A stretch of 64,000 nucleotides of DNA, taken from contig OZ024740.1 in assembly GCA_964016885.1 (NCBI GenBank), positions 161,510,001 through 161,574,000 on the forward strand, in the 5' to 3' direction. A program made the translations under genes and the position numbers. The notes under the pieces are model-generated. The model saw nothing but the letters and a program-made list of their open reading frames with translations, ran no database searches and was not told the origin of the DNA. Below, one piece after another: positions 51,013 through 64,000 of the stretch; position 1 is the stretch's first letter, and each line of letters starts with the position of its first letter. The stretch comes from Eledone cirrhosa (lineage: Eukaryota).

Positions 51013-51090
51013 TTAAAATAAAAGTTATATTGTAGTCTTCTTAGTCTACTATTATCATTCCATTCATATCTAGGATGCTTTATAGAAATA

Positions 51091-51935
51091 CTAGCAGTGG
51101 TACCCAGCGTTGCACGGGGTAAGGTATGTTGGAACGCGGGCCGCCAACAGACCTAATCGTGGAAAAACTGCATTTGAAATGTTTCTCTTCTCAAAATACT
51201 CACAGGACCATAAGTATTACACGTGTAAAGTTTGAAAACAATCGGTTGGGTGGTTCTCGAGTTTTAGAGATCTGACAGAAAGACAGACATTCTCTGTTTT
51301 AGATATATAGATTATCCCGGCGTTGCAAGGGATAAGGTATTTTTGAACGCAGGCCGCCAATAGACCTAATCCTGGAAAAACTGCATAACTGGATAATATG
51401 TAAAGAAAATAAACCGAATACTCTGATGGCTGGATAATCTTTAAGATTTCCCTCGATGAAGCAGGAAAAATGCAGGTTTTCACCTAATGCGGGCCCTAGG
51501 AGATCAAGAAAACGAATTTTTTTTATGTGCATAATATGCCTTGAAATTTCGGGAAAATCAGCGAGACTTACGCCTCAAAAAAGCCCTAAAAAGCTGAAAA
51601 AATGAAGTTTTTCACCTAGGCCATAAAAAAGTTGGGTTTTCTTTGCTCACGGTATGAAGAAGAGACTGACTAATACATAGTTACAATTTCAAGGAAATCG
51701 GTCTGACGTAACGCCTCAAAAAAAACCTAAAAACCTGAAAAAACGCAGTTTTTTACCTAATGCGGGTCCTAGGGGATCAAAAAGTTGAATTTTTTATGTG
51801 CATAACACTCCCTGAAACATAAGTAATACATATGTAAAGTTTGAAAAAAATCGGTTGGGTACTTCTCGAGTTTTAGGGATTCAAACTCACACACACACAC
51901 ACACAAACAGACATCCTCAGTTTTATATATATAGA
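51091..51935 (-). mobile_element. Tandem non-autonomous Helitron-like element
   Basis: Close reverse-complement match to 32053-32870; CTAG at 51091 and a TC start at 51935. Confidence 0.78.
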
Positions 51936-52586
51936 TTAAATCGGAGCCAGTACTTGACTGATATTTATTTTATCGACCACTAAAAAATGTAAGGCAAAGT
52001 TGTCTTTGTTTGGACTTGAAAGCCGTAACTAAGTACTACAAACATTTTGTCCGACGCTCAAACGGTTCTACCAATCTGTCATCTAAGCGACTTACCATGG
52101 TGAGATCGGATATTTAACCTTAATATAGAGGACGGAAACTAAATATTATTTGGCTTTTAGTCTGCCACTCCACTATCCTGTACATATATGAACATTTAAA
52201 TATTTTATAAGAGGCAATACAGCTGAACAGACAAGGTATTATATTATGAGTTCTGGGTTATCAGATCAAATTCAATTTCTGGAGTTTCTTTGTGTTCACT
52301 GAATAGAACTTAACTTTCTATTTATTAAATATTGATTAGCTTTGGTCACGTCACAGAAAACTTGGTTTTTGAAGATGTTTGATAGATTCCTATCGAATGT
52401 GGGGAACTAGAAGATGTTATTAATATTAAATAACGTCTATTAATTTACTTACATGCCTTTCTTCGGCTATTGATAGGCCTTATGTGAGAGAGAAAAAGAA
52501 GGTGATGTATTATTTTGTTAGAACATGAGGATATGGGTCAGCAATAAACCAGCTATATGTGTGTGTATATATGTGCTTGAGAATGC

Positions 52587-52660
<74 letters not shown>

Positions 52661-52761
52661 TGAAATTTCCGTTGGAAACAGAAAAGGTCATAGAAATGAA
52701 GAGTGCTCTATGTAAGTATCAGAGCAAAATTTAATGTATAAAAATCAATACAATATAATTA

Positions 52762-52831
52762 CCTCATTACCAGAGGTTTCCCGAATGAGGCGAATACGAA
52801 ATAAACGACTTCATTCGTTCGTCAGACGAGG
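52762..52831 (-). ncRNA. Type I hammerhead ribozyme, left arm
   Basis: Reverse complement reads CCTCGT-CTGACGA-A CGAATGA...TCATTCG G-GAAA-CC TCT GG-TA-ATGAGG. Confidence 0.8.
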
Positions 52832-52844
52832 CAATATCGTATTG

Positions 52845-52914
52845 CCTCGTCTGACGAACGAATGAAGTCGTTTATTTCGTATTCGCCTCATTCTGGAAAC
52901 CTCTGGTAATGAGG
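52845..52914 (+). ncRNA. Type I hammerhead ribozyme, right arm
   Basis: CCTCGT-CTGACGA-ACGAATGA...TCATTCTG-GAAA-CC TCT GG-TA-ATGAGG. Confidence 0.78.
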
Positions 52915-52966
52915 TAATTATATTGTATTGATTTTTATACATTATATATATATATATATATATTTA

Positions 52967-53319
<353 letters not shown>

Positions 53320-53323
<4 letters not shown>

Positions 53324-53603
53324 AAAAAGGGATGAAATCGAAAATGCAACTGAAGTCTTATTTTTTTTAAAAATATATATATCTATTTGGTTCCTTTACC
53401 GGTTTCGCAGTTCTTCTGCTTTTCAAAAGGTGAGTTGAGATGGAGGGTCTGTGGTTTTTCTCACATCTGATGTGAGAATAAATATATATATTTTAAAAAA
53501 AAATAAGACTTCAGTTGCATTTTCGATTTCATCCCTTTTTCTTTATACTTCCACTCGTGTAGGACACCTCGGTTATTTTTCATTTTGTAAAAAAAAACCT
53601 CAC

Positions 53604-53612
<9 letters not shown>
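53320..53612. mobile_element. pLTR-like element with a U3-A8 HHR and an inverted tail; second copy at 62555-62762
   Basis: 53320-53388 is inverted at 53477-53545; the sequence is shared with 62555-62762. Confidence 0.75.
53393..53430 (-). ncRNA. Minimal type I HHR with a compensatory U3-A8 core
   Basis: Reverse complement reads CCTT-TTGAAAA-GCAG AAGAA CTGC-GAAA-CCGG-TA-AAGG. Confidence 0.75.
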
Positions 53613-53644
<32 letters not shown>

Positions 53645-54025
53645 TATATATATATATATAATTAGTTACAACAGTGACATGTACAGGTTTAAGTTTCGTT
53701 GAGTTATTCACCCCAACTTATTCACCCTCTCGTATAAGTAAAAATAGCTTCACCATTGTTATTTGTCTAGTTATAGATAAATTCGAGATTACCTACACAT
53801 AGAATTCTCCTATACATTCTAAAAACTCCATAGGGGAAGCAATTTTTAATTATATAACAAGCTGAATGAACTGGGGTGAGTAACCCAACGAAACTTATGT
53901 AACTGTGCATCTCACTGTTGTAACTATTTATACGTAACTCGTCCAATGAACTGAGTGCTCTTACCTTTGGATATTTATACCAAACTTCCACTACAGTGTG
54001 TGTATATATATATATATACACATAT

Positions 54026-54119
<94 letters not shown>

Positions 54120-54129
54120 GGGGGGGACA

Positions 54130-54285
54130 AATTAGCAGAGTTGTTAAGATGTCGGATAGAATGTTTTACGGTATTCGTCCCACCTCATTGCACGCTCTGA
54201 GTTCAAATCCCGCCGTGGTCAACTTTGCCCTTCCCCCTTTCGAGGTCGATAAAAAAGTACCAGTCCAGTACTGGGGTCGATTCTT
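54130..54285 (+). mobile_element. tRNA-derived SINE, family A (older copy)
   Basis: GAGTTCAAATCC B-box and GGTCGATAAAAAAGTACCAGT core. Confidence 0.7.
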
Positions 54286-54486
54286 CATCTACATATAAAA
54301 GAAGCTGTGTTAAGACCTGGAGAGGGTTGGGCACCACCAGGTTTAGACGTGCTCTAGACACGCCGCTTGACGGTGACTCTACAACTCCACAAGGAGTTAT
54401 GGGGTCTTTATCCCATACCACTTTTAGAATTTTTGTAAGTTTTTAAATACTTTTTTATATATTTCCTTGAATGTCCTTCATATGTA

Positions 54487-54791
54487 CTAGCAGAAAAACC
54501 ACCCTTCGAGTGGTTTTCTGCTAGCATATGTAGTGTGTATTATACGCAATATATTATACGCAAGTATATATACATGTAGATATGATCAAATAAAATCGTA
54601 AATGACAATATACACAGAAATTGAAAGAAGACTCTGTTACATTGTCTTATGTAATCAGTAACGTGATCCATGAGAGATTTTAAAAAGACCATATTATATA
54701 TAAACTGCATTAGGAGAAAATTAGTGACAGAAAATTATTATGTTTATTTAAGCGATCGCCACCGGAAGTGTTGACATCACACACTCTCTCT

Positions 54792-54850
<59 letters not shown>

Positions 54851-55082
54851 GCAGTTGAAGTGGTGGTGGTGGCAACAATATACCGGAAGTGCAACTTTGA
54901 AAAGAAGTCAATTTTAAATTATTTATTTTTACGAAATTATTTTTTGTTTATGAAATTTAGTAGATAAATTATGTAATATTCATTCATTATTTATTCAAAG
55001 TAATCCAACTTATTTTACAAACGGGATAAAAAAACAATAAACCGTACGCAGTCCCGCAGACCTTCCTTTATTATAGTTTAGA
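54487..55082 (-). mobile_element. Helitron-like element related to 40903-41590
   Basis: Same CTAGCAGAAAA..TTTTCTGCTAG terminal hairpin and TTATAGTTTAGAT opposite end. Confidence 0.5.
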
Positions 55083-56792
55083 TAGTAGTGCCTGTGTGTA
55101 AATATATATATTTATTTACATATAGCACCTGTGTATGTGCTTTTAGATGTAATTATATGTAGATATGTTTGCGTATACATTATATGTATACATTATATGT
55201 AGATATGTTTGCATGTGTATACATTCCATCCACCACTTTGTCCTGCCAATCTCACCAACATGTTTTACCAACACCCTACACACCCACCTCCACATTCACC
55301 ACCTGCCTTCCGCTCACCAGTTAAATTTTTATGGCTAAATCCTATTTTCTATGGCTACACCCACTACTACGATTTATCGCCTGCTTCTTCTACCACCACC
55401 CCCACAGCCACCACCACCCTACCCATCCTTTCATAATTATCCTTTCTCAATTAAATCCTCGTTCCCCCACGCGAAGTTGTCCTTATTTATACTGTCTGCC
55501 ATTAACACGTTAGTTCTTCTCTAGTGACCCTGTGATAAATAGGCGAAACTCCAGAGTAACAAGACTCACTTTTTAGCCTTAATATAAATGAATATTAAAA
55601 CTCTGCTTCGGTATTGAGTACACATTTCTCTCAGCCGTCAACCACATACGGATATGACTTTCTCACTTGCTATGAACGCGTCACGAAATTGTCCTTTTCT
55701 GGGGAGGGGAGTCTCTTGATAAGCCGTATCAACCTCACAGCGATAATGCACTTTTATAGTCCAGAAATCGTTGCACACGGATCGGCGAAACTGCAGTCGG
55801 GACTTTGAAGAAAAAATAGGTATTTTTTTTTTCCATTATTTCCTCATATTCTGTAATTTGATAAATAGCTCTGATTATAGAGTTAACTTAATCATTCTAA
55901 TTATCTTGGCTCTCTCGGTCATCGAGCAAAACTTGTTAAGGCGGACACCACACACACACATATACATATGATTTTACTCAGCATTCCACCACATCCTTTT
56001 ACGGAATTACCTTTACGACTCACCCCAGACATACACCCCCCAAAAAAATGTTTCCCACACGCCACCTACATCCACAACACGCATAAACACCACATACACA
56101 CGTGCGTACCACCACATATTTACACATTCAGCCTCCGGAATCCTCTCCCCCCCACCCCCACCCCTCTATCCACACACGCACACACACTCCGACCTACACC
56201 CCGCCCCACACACACCTCTTCCTGAACATGCAACCCCGTTCTTCCCCCAACCCTTGCTTTCACATACACACACACACACACACACGTACACCTACACACA
56301 CACACCACCTTCAGCCCTTCCCGCTCGGACACCCCGTCTCCCTCTCCCCACTCCACCCGCCACCACCCCTACACGCCCCACACCCTTCCACCACCTGTTT
56401 TACCCCATTTTAATTTTATTTTGATCATGCCTTTATTTTTAATTTCATTTCACCCCCTTTTTGATATATGTCTCTCCACCACTCCCCAACACACCCTTTG
56501 AACTCTCTTCCCACACACTTTTCACCTGAAGAAGGGCTTATGGCCGAAACGTCGTTCCCCACCACCACCCCACTCTCAAGAGCGTGAAACTAATAAACCT
56601 TTGTTCGTACTGCCTCTCTGTTTTGTTCCCGTTCAATTTTTCACTATATATATATATATATGCAGAGGTTATATTTAATTTGTTGGGATTCAACAAGCTT
56701 AAACATTTTTATAACTGATATAAAGCACTCAACAGATTAGTGGAGTAAATACAACATAATATTAATAAATGGAAACTATATAAAACCATATT

Positions 56793-56858
56793 TATTTTAT
56801 TATATATATTTCAAGGGCGCCCAAGGTAAATTATGGTGCGCTTTCATCAGATAAAATA
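56793..56858 (-). ncRNA. Type I hammerhead ribozyme with 8-bp stem I and (TA) palindromic stem III
   Basis: Reverse complement reads TATTTTAT-CTGATGA-AAGCGCACCA...TGGGCGCCCTT-GAAA-TATATA-TA-ATAAAATA. Confidence 0.82.
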
Positions 56859-56940
56859 CAGATTTGTTTTATAAATAAATATTGACATACCCGGAAAAAA
56901 GACAACCACAACGGTTGAAATTTGCTGGATATTTGCTATC

Positions 56941-57993
56941 AAACGAAAAATCAGTGATGCATCTGGACTTAATTTATTGCGTGTTACAATCGTTTCGCCA
57001 GCAGGTAGCTCGAGACATGGTCCCTGTATGGATCTGGCTGATTCTACGGCTGCAGGTTCTTTCAGACACGGGTATTTCGTTCGGAGTAAATTTTATAACA
57101 CGTATACACACACATGTAGACACAGACACATTGGTGTATACACACACGTACGCCTACATGCGTAGACACACACACCCCCACATACATACATACATGTATA
57201 TATACACACGCGCGCTCTCCTTCACTTCCACGGACCCAGTCTCACCCACTTCTAGATACATATTGCCACAAGCCTTATAACGGCTGTTAATATATACACA
57301 GTGTGTATATATATAAATGTATATAAGGTTGTGCGTATGTATGTGTGCGCGCGTATGTGTGTATATATGTGTATGTTTGCGTAGGCCATGCTTGTCCGAC
57401 CGGATGTATGGCGCAACTTAACAGCCGTTATAAGGCTTGTGGCAATATGTATCTAGAAGTGGGTGTGACTGGGTCCGTGGAAGTGAGGGAGAGCGGGTGT
57501 GGGTGTATATACATGTATGTATGTATGTGGGTGTGTGTGTGTCTACGCATGTAGGCGTACGTGTGTGTATGCACAAATGTGTCTGTGTCTACATGTGTGT
57601 GTATATGTGTGTGTGTATATTCGTATGTGTGGGTGCTTACTCTGGAGTGTGAACAGACGTGTGAGATGCTGAACCAGCATAACTCCATTGAAGTGTGTCG
57701 GACGGAAAATGGCTGTTGACCCGTGTAGCAGTAAATACTGACCAGAAATTGTGATGACGTGGAGTAAAAACAGCCAATGGCATGACAAGAGTGGAAGAGG
57801 GTTTTTTTAGGGTGTTTTTTATGATAACACCTCGGTGATAAATTTTTCTCCGAACGAAATACCCGTGTCTGAAAGAACCTGCAGCCGTAGAATCAGCCAG
57901 ATCCATACAGGGACCATGTCTCGAGCTACCTGCCGGCGAAACAATTGTAACACGCAATAAATTAAGTCCAGATGCATCACTGATTTTTCGTTT
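56941..57993. mobile_element. Large imperfect inverted repeat (pLTR-like) with an HHR variant near each outer end
   Basis: 56941-57087 is the reverse complement of 57848-57993, and 57100-57289 of 57418-57610. Confidence 0.8.
57864..57954 (+). ncRNA. HHR variant with a one-nucleotide core insertion (CUGAAAGA); mirror copy at 56980-57070 on minus
   Basis: CGTGT-CTGAAAGA-ACCTGCAG...CTGCCGGC-GAAA-CAATTG-TA-ACACG. Confidence 0.62.
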
Positions 57994-58082
57994 TCTTTAT
58001 ACTATATATATATATATATATATATAAATGTAAGTATGTGTGTATACGTACATACATATATGTATACAGACGTACAGTAGCA

Positions 58083-58118
<36 letters not shown>

Positions 58119-58289
58119 CAGGTACACATACATATATGCACGTATCAGTTTAGCGGACGCTTATTATAACGCCGCTTTGTTCGTTTGTAAACAAACTGAA
58201 CAGCCTGAATATTTTTTTTTTTTTTAGTTTTTTTTAGTAAGTGCCGTACTAAGAGTGAGAAATGAAATTTCGTTTTCATTTTATTTCAA

Positions 58290-58377
<88 letters not shown>

Positions 58378-59459
58378 GTCCTTATCTCTTCTCACTCTTT
58401 ATCATTCTATTTTATCTTTTATTTCTAACTCTATCTTCTGATGAAGTTCTATTGTCCCAAACGTTAAGACTCTTTTCCTATTTCAAGCGTTAAAGTAATA
58501 TATTTTCTCAATGTACTGTGTAGTTTGCTTTGTGCTATTTCTGTTTACCTTTTACACACATATATACATGTATATTGGGGACCTTGTATAAAACACCCCA
58601 GCGCTGTTTTATGGGGGGGGGGGGGGATAATGAAAATGTGTATTAACTTATTAGAATGTGGTGAAGATTCTCAAAATATTTGTTGATATCCAATATGTAG
58701 GTAAATGTACATTTTTAAAAGTAAATTAATGTTAAAAGCGTATATCAATCGTAACTTAGATTGTTTTAATGACTGAGAAAGTTTGAAGGTGTTGATTTAA
58801 ATTTCTAACGTATGTATAGTAAAGTATCAATTATAAGATACTTTCAAAGACAGAAAAGCAGCCATTGTTATAAAGCTTTATTATTTTACTCAATTTATCA
58901 TCCAGTCAGTCAAAATCTACCGAAATATTTTGGCGCATTCCCATTTCGAAACGAAAATTCATCAGTAACTACAATCACACTTATTTGGCCTGTCCGTGCT
59001 TTATAATACGTAAGTATAACCAGAGAATCTAATCTCAATCTAATCTCTCTTTTATCACTGTTGACCGAACACCTGTCGTTAATCCTTTTGCTAGAGAAAA
59101 TATTCTTCCAGCCGTAGCAGAATTTTCAGAAATTGCCAGTAAATGTTGACAAAATATATTATACGTATCTCTGATGTTACGTGTTTATCGGCCGTTTTCC
59201 CTTTAATTTAGATCACTGGTTCTCAACTGGGGTCCATATGGTCCCTGAGGAGTCTATATGGCCACTGGCGGTCTATATAAGAATTTGGGGATCCACAGTA
59301 GTATGTTAGGTGTCCATATAAAGATGCTGCTTTCAAAGAAAATATTTAGACCTTAGAGAGAGAAAACAAATAAAAGAGGTAACTGAAGCAGTTGGTCAAA
59401 AACATTCCCAGCGGAATTAATAGAAATCAAAAGAAACGAGACTGGAGAACAACATCTAG

Positions 59460-59514
<55 letters not shown>

Positions 59515-59589
59515 GAACCTTAATAGCTGGTCCCTCTGTTGGATCTGTTGGGAGTGGTTTCTCTCTCTCCTATTCATTCTCAATATTCA

Positions 59590-60040
59590 TCAGTCTCTCA
59601 TAATGAATTTCCGGGCCTCCTTTTTATGACCATCAGTGTCGCTAAGTGCACCAGTATCATTTCGGATACACTTATCTCCAACAACATCCTGATTTACACT
59701 GACACACTGCCTTTCAATGCAGAACACCTCATGTCTCTGATCCTCTCGTCGCAGAACATTGGCAAACCTCCTACTCTCAGCTGTCCTGCGTGCTAAGTAT
59801 GCCTGACGTCTAGCCTCTCTTTTAGAGGCTGAGTATCGGTCTCTACCCCCATTTTTCCAATCCTTCCATGATTGTCTTTTGTCTTTAATGGCGCTATCTA
59901 CCATGCTGTTCCGCCACCAAGTCGTCCTCTGTCTCGTTGGAGCTTTGCTCCAGTCACAAGTCTCTTCAGTTGCTTGCAGTAGGTTGTTGCATGGTTTTTA
60001 ATGGTTGAATGCCACTTCCATTTCCTCCATTTTACAACAT
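59590..60040 (-). mobile_element. Old RTE-like LINE fragment (EN-RT linker)
   Basis: TWWRNSMVDSAIKDKRQSWKDWKNGG...YSASKREARR resembles the WW-x-E-V..AIK-K linker of RTE-group proteins. Confidence 0.55.
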
Positions 60041-62105
60041 GGACCGGGTGCTTTTATTCGTACCACCAGCACCAGGGAAGTCGTCTTACTGGACTTGGGG
60101 GGGGGCTTCTCCACTCCACACCAATTTATTTGGAGTGGCAGTTCTTCTAGACGGGTTGCCTACACTACGGCTTACGGAGCCTCCGTCTGCCCCGTGACAG
60201 CTCTGAGCGGTCCTGGGCCACTATTCAACTAAATTAAGATTCTCTTAGTCTACATTTCTTATGTGGATGGAGGAGGAAACTGGAGAGGGGAATGCGATGA
60301 AGAGGTTTTGGGGGAGTGGGTTTAAGGGGCTATATGAGAGGATAAAATGCACCCCTGGCATTTGCACAATATCGTAAAAGTTGTCAAGTGAATTTTCAGT
60401 CCTCATACCTTTCAGAATTTGTTTGTAATTTCAGCCATACTAATTTCCTTTCTTGCTGCCATTTATCACCTTGAAATTACTTTGATAAATTGTCTGCATG
60501 CAAGTAGGAGTGATGGCCAAGATTCAGTCCAAAAAAGAAATCGAAAGTTTTTATTTCAGCCTGGGAACCCATTATACTACACCAAACGTCAGTAACTAAT
60601 TGTAGCGGTACACATGTTTGTCAACAATCGAATAGACTTAAATGATAAGCAAACATTCGTTGAAACCAAACAGTATGTACTGTACATCTAATAGTAATCA
60701 GCTTAAGATAGCACCAGGCGTCAATGTGCTCCCAGACACTTCCATGTTGCTGAGCTTTACAATTGAATAAGTGAATATTTGATTAATATTAAATTCGGAT
60801 TACATTGACTGATTACGTCAGATAGCATCTTACATCGCATTTTAGATTCCTTCATGTCCAGTCTTAAAGAACGTGCTTAAGAATCTGTGGCTAAATCTTT
60901 TCAATTAAGGCTCTTCCAAAATGTGGTTACAGTTTGAGCTTACACTTCCGTACTTCCATAAATATAGTTGAGGTCTTGTAAACGCAAATGGAACTTTTTA
61001 TGAATACTTTATATCTGACAAGCTATAAAAACACAGAAATTCTTCATTGGTCGCCAAAGTTTTTCCGACAAACGAACACATAAAATAAGTCGTTCTTTGT
61101 TGCATGCATCGATATATTCCTCAACAATAATCGAAAAAAAAAAACCTTCGTGCCTACTTCTAGTAAATATCTCATAACAAAGTTAGTCTTTATAGAACTG
61201 AACACAATTTGAACAAGACATTAGCATCATTTATTGCTTGCTGTCGGTGGGAATATCTGAAAATTTAAAATGCAGTTTTCGAAAAAAGGAAAAACAGTTT
61301 CCCTGCGGATATTCGACATTTCGCATAATCATATCATCCTGATAAATTAAATATGTTAGCCCCTTCAGACTTTCACTATTATATATGAACACTTAAATAA
61401 ATTAAACTCAACAGCGTTACAATGTTTCTAATATTTTGTTTTAAATTTATTCCTGTTGAATCAATGAATCATCCTAACAATTGTTATAATATCAATTACT
61501 ATAATTTCTTAAGATATTTTTAATCTCAAAAAGCAACGTATCTTAGCCGAAATTTGGGAAGTTTTATTTGTGGCTACATATACATTTTAAAACAACGTTA
61601 ACATTGCTAAGTTTTCAACAAGAAGACTACCCAAAGCTAGTAGTGAATTCACACTTTAAATATATATATATCTTAGCCAATTCGACGTCAAACAATAAAA
61701 GTTCCAAAAGGATTCATTTTAGATTCTTTTGACTTTAATCTCAATCGCAGTATGCTACATCCCGTAAGAGATGATATTGGTAAGTTAAAAAAAATTCTGA
61801 CTGTAACATGCATATTTCTGCACGTTATGTATTATACTGATATTTTCAAATCATCACCTGAACTGTTTTTAATCATGGAATCCTTTTTTATATCAAGTAA
61901 TAATACAAGCCTGAAATGTTGTAATATACGCGAGTTAAACATAAAACAATATTATAATTGTCGTGCCATTATTTATCCACAGAAGATAAATAGGGGAGAT
62001 CAAAATAATATTGTTAATTATCTAATTATATTGCCTATATCTCACTGTTTTTACAGTGCACTAAACTATACATTTCTTTCGGCAATATAAAAATTGAATT
62101 GTTTA

Positions 62106-62181
<76 letters not shown>

Positions 62182-62232
62182 GTGTGTGTGTGTGTGTATG
62201 AGTGTGTGTTTATGCGTGTATATATATGTATG

Positions 62233-62265
<33 letters not shown>

Positions 62266-62270
62266 ATATA

Positions 62271-62318
<48 letters not shown>

Positions 62319-62348
62319 TATATATATATATGTATGTATATATATATG

Positions 62349-62383
<35 letters not shown>

Positions 62384-62406
62384 ATATGTATGTGTGTATA
62401 TATATA

Positions 62407-62459
<53 letters not shown>

Positions 62460-62482
62460 ATGTGTGTGTGTGTATGTATGTA

Positions 62483-62548
<66 letters not shown>

Positions 62549-62693
62549 GTATATATTAGAAAGTGAGGTTTTTTTTACAAAATGAAAAATAACCAAGGTG
62601 TCCTACACGAGTGGAAGTATAAAGAAAAAGGGATGAAATCGAAAATGCAACTGAAGTCTTATTTTTTTTTTAAATATATATATTTATTTGGTT

Positions 62694-62731
62694 CCTTTAC
62701 CGGTTTCGCAGTTCTTCTGCTTTTCAAAAGG
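62694..62731 (-). ncRNA. Minimal type I HHR with a U3-A8 core, identical to 53393
   Basis: Reverse complement reads CCTT-TTGAAAA-GCAG AAGAA CTGC-GAAA-CCGG-TA-AAGG. Confidence 0.75.
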
Positions 62732-62870
62732 TGAGTTGAGATGGAGGGTCTGTGGTTTTTCTATATATATATACATTGTTTTCTACGCCTACTACCCTTA
62801 TCTCATGCATCTCTCTCTCTCTCTCTCTCTTCTATTTCCTCAATCATTGGGGGACACATACACACACATA

Positions 62871-62941
<71 letters not shown>

Positions 62942-62954
62942 GTGTGTGTGTGTA

Positions 62955-62995
<41 letters not shown>

Positions 62996-63219
62996 GCATG
63001 TATGTATGTATACAGAGAGAGGGAGAAGGAGGTGAACTGAGCTGAGCCCATGGCATTACTGTACTGTTACTTTATTGATTGATCTTAAAAGAATGAAAGG
63101 TAAAACTGATCACTGATTTGAAATCACAGCGTAGAGAGCCGGAACGAATAGATCAATGCATTGAATCTGGCATTTCAACATTTATGCTACATACATACAT
63201 ACATACATACATACATACA

Positions 63220-63253
<34 letters not shown>

Positions 63254-63397
63254 CATACATACATACATACATACATACATACATACATACATACATACAT
63301 GCCTGCACACTTACAACACACATTAAGGGATTCATATATATATATATACACATATATACATATGTACGTCTATATATATATATATATATATACATAC

Positions 63398-63436
<39 letters not shown>

Positions 63437-63521
63437 ATATATATATATACATATATATATATGCATGTATATATATATATATACATATATATGTGTGTAT
63501 GTATGTATGCATGTGTGTGTA

Positions 63522-63559
<38 letters not shown>

Positions 63560-63566
63560 TAGATGC

Positions 63567-63607
<41 letters not shown>

Positions 63608-63628
63608 TATGTGTGTATGTATGTATGC

Positions 63629-63681
<53 letters not shown>

Positions 63682-64000
63682 TATGCATATATGCATACAC
63701 AAACACACACACACCTTTATATATCAAAGAGCTGGCGCAAAATAATGACGTTTTAAAATAAAATTTAACGTAGAGAAAAACAAAGTGACGGGAATTAACG
63801 AAATACCAATCAAATTGTTCCTTTACAGTTCATTTTATGTCAGTTGCCATCAATAAAATTATTATTATCGATATTGTTGTTGTTATTGTTGATGTCATTG
63901 TCGTCGTTGTCGTCGTCCTTGTTGTTGTTATGTCTGTTTGGCGGACCTCTTTGTTGCTGTAATCGTTCGACTCTATATATTTCCTTTAAAAATATCACTG

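Larger units (their letters stand above)
52732..52944. repeat. Near-perfect palindrome of about 213 bp with a 3-nt spacer and one HHR per arm
   Basis: Centre GCAATA-TCG-TATTGC; I see one substitution between the arms. Confidence 0.93.

Noticed and set aside
56524-56556. CTGAAGA-AGGGC..GCC-GAAACGTC motif; similar at 50627-50660 and 55517-55562
   Set aside because: Stem I is absent or only 2 bp, or the core is scrambled (CTAGTGA); probably decayed HHRs and not counted as intact.
58434-58469. HHR relic TCTT-CTGATGA...CAAA-CGTT-AAGA
   Set aside because: The essential G12 is mutated and stem II is broken; relic only.
60300-62090. Longest non-repetitive stretch, possible host sequence
   Set aside because: No credible ORF, exon or RNA motif recognised by eye.

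Overview
This is AT-rich, microsatellite-saturated eukaryotic DNA. Its repeat families suggest a cephalopod, probably Octopus (inference). No host gene could be supported, and almost all ORF-track entries are (TA)n/(TG)n artefacts. The window is a nest of mobile elements: a decayed Tx1/L1-clade LINE (1-5720, minus), an apparently intact RTE-clade LINE with a 1181-aa APE-RT-3xC2H2 ORF (8233-11778, minus) plus non-autonomous derivatives, at least six Penelope-like element (PLE) fragments, an RLE-type LINE fragment, tRNA-derived SINEs, non-autonomous Helitrons and a hAT element with an 8-bp TSD. The main hidden signal is non-coding. By eye I find about 20 type I hammerhead ribozyme (HHR) motifs from more than 10 unrelated sequence families, mostly in small elements sitting in (TA)n tracts. 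These include a 486-bp tandem retrozyme-like repeat predicted to release a 486-nt circularisable RNA, a palindrome with two outward-facing HHRs, natural core variants (U3-A8, U4A, CUGAAAGA), and repeated fold-back inversions that start inside the ribozyme. All structures were assigned manually and element boundaries are approximate.
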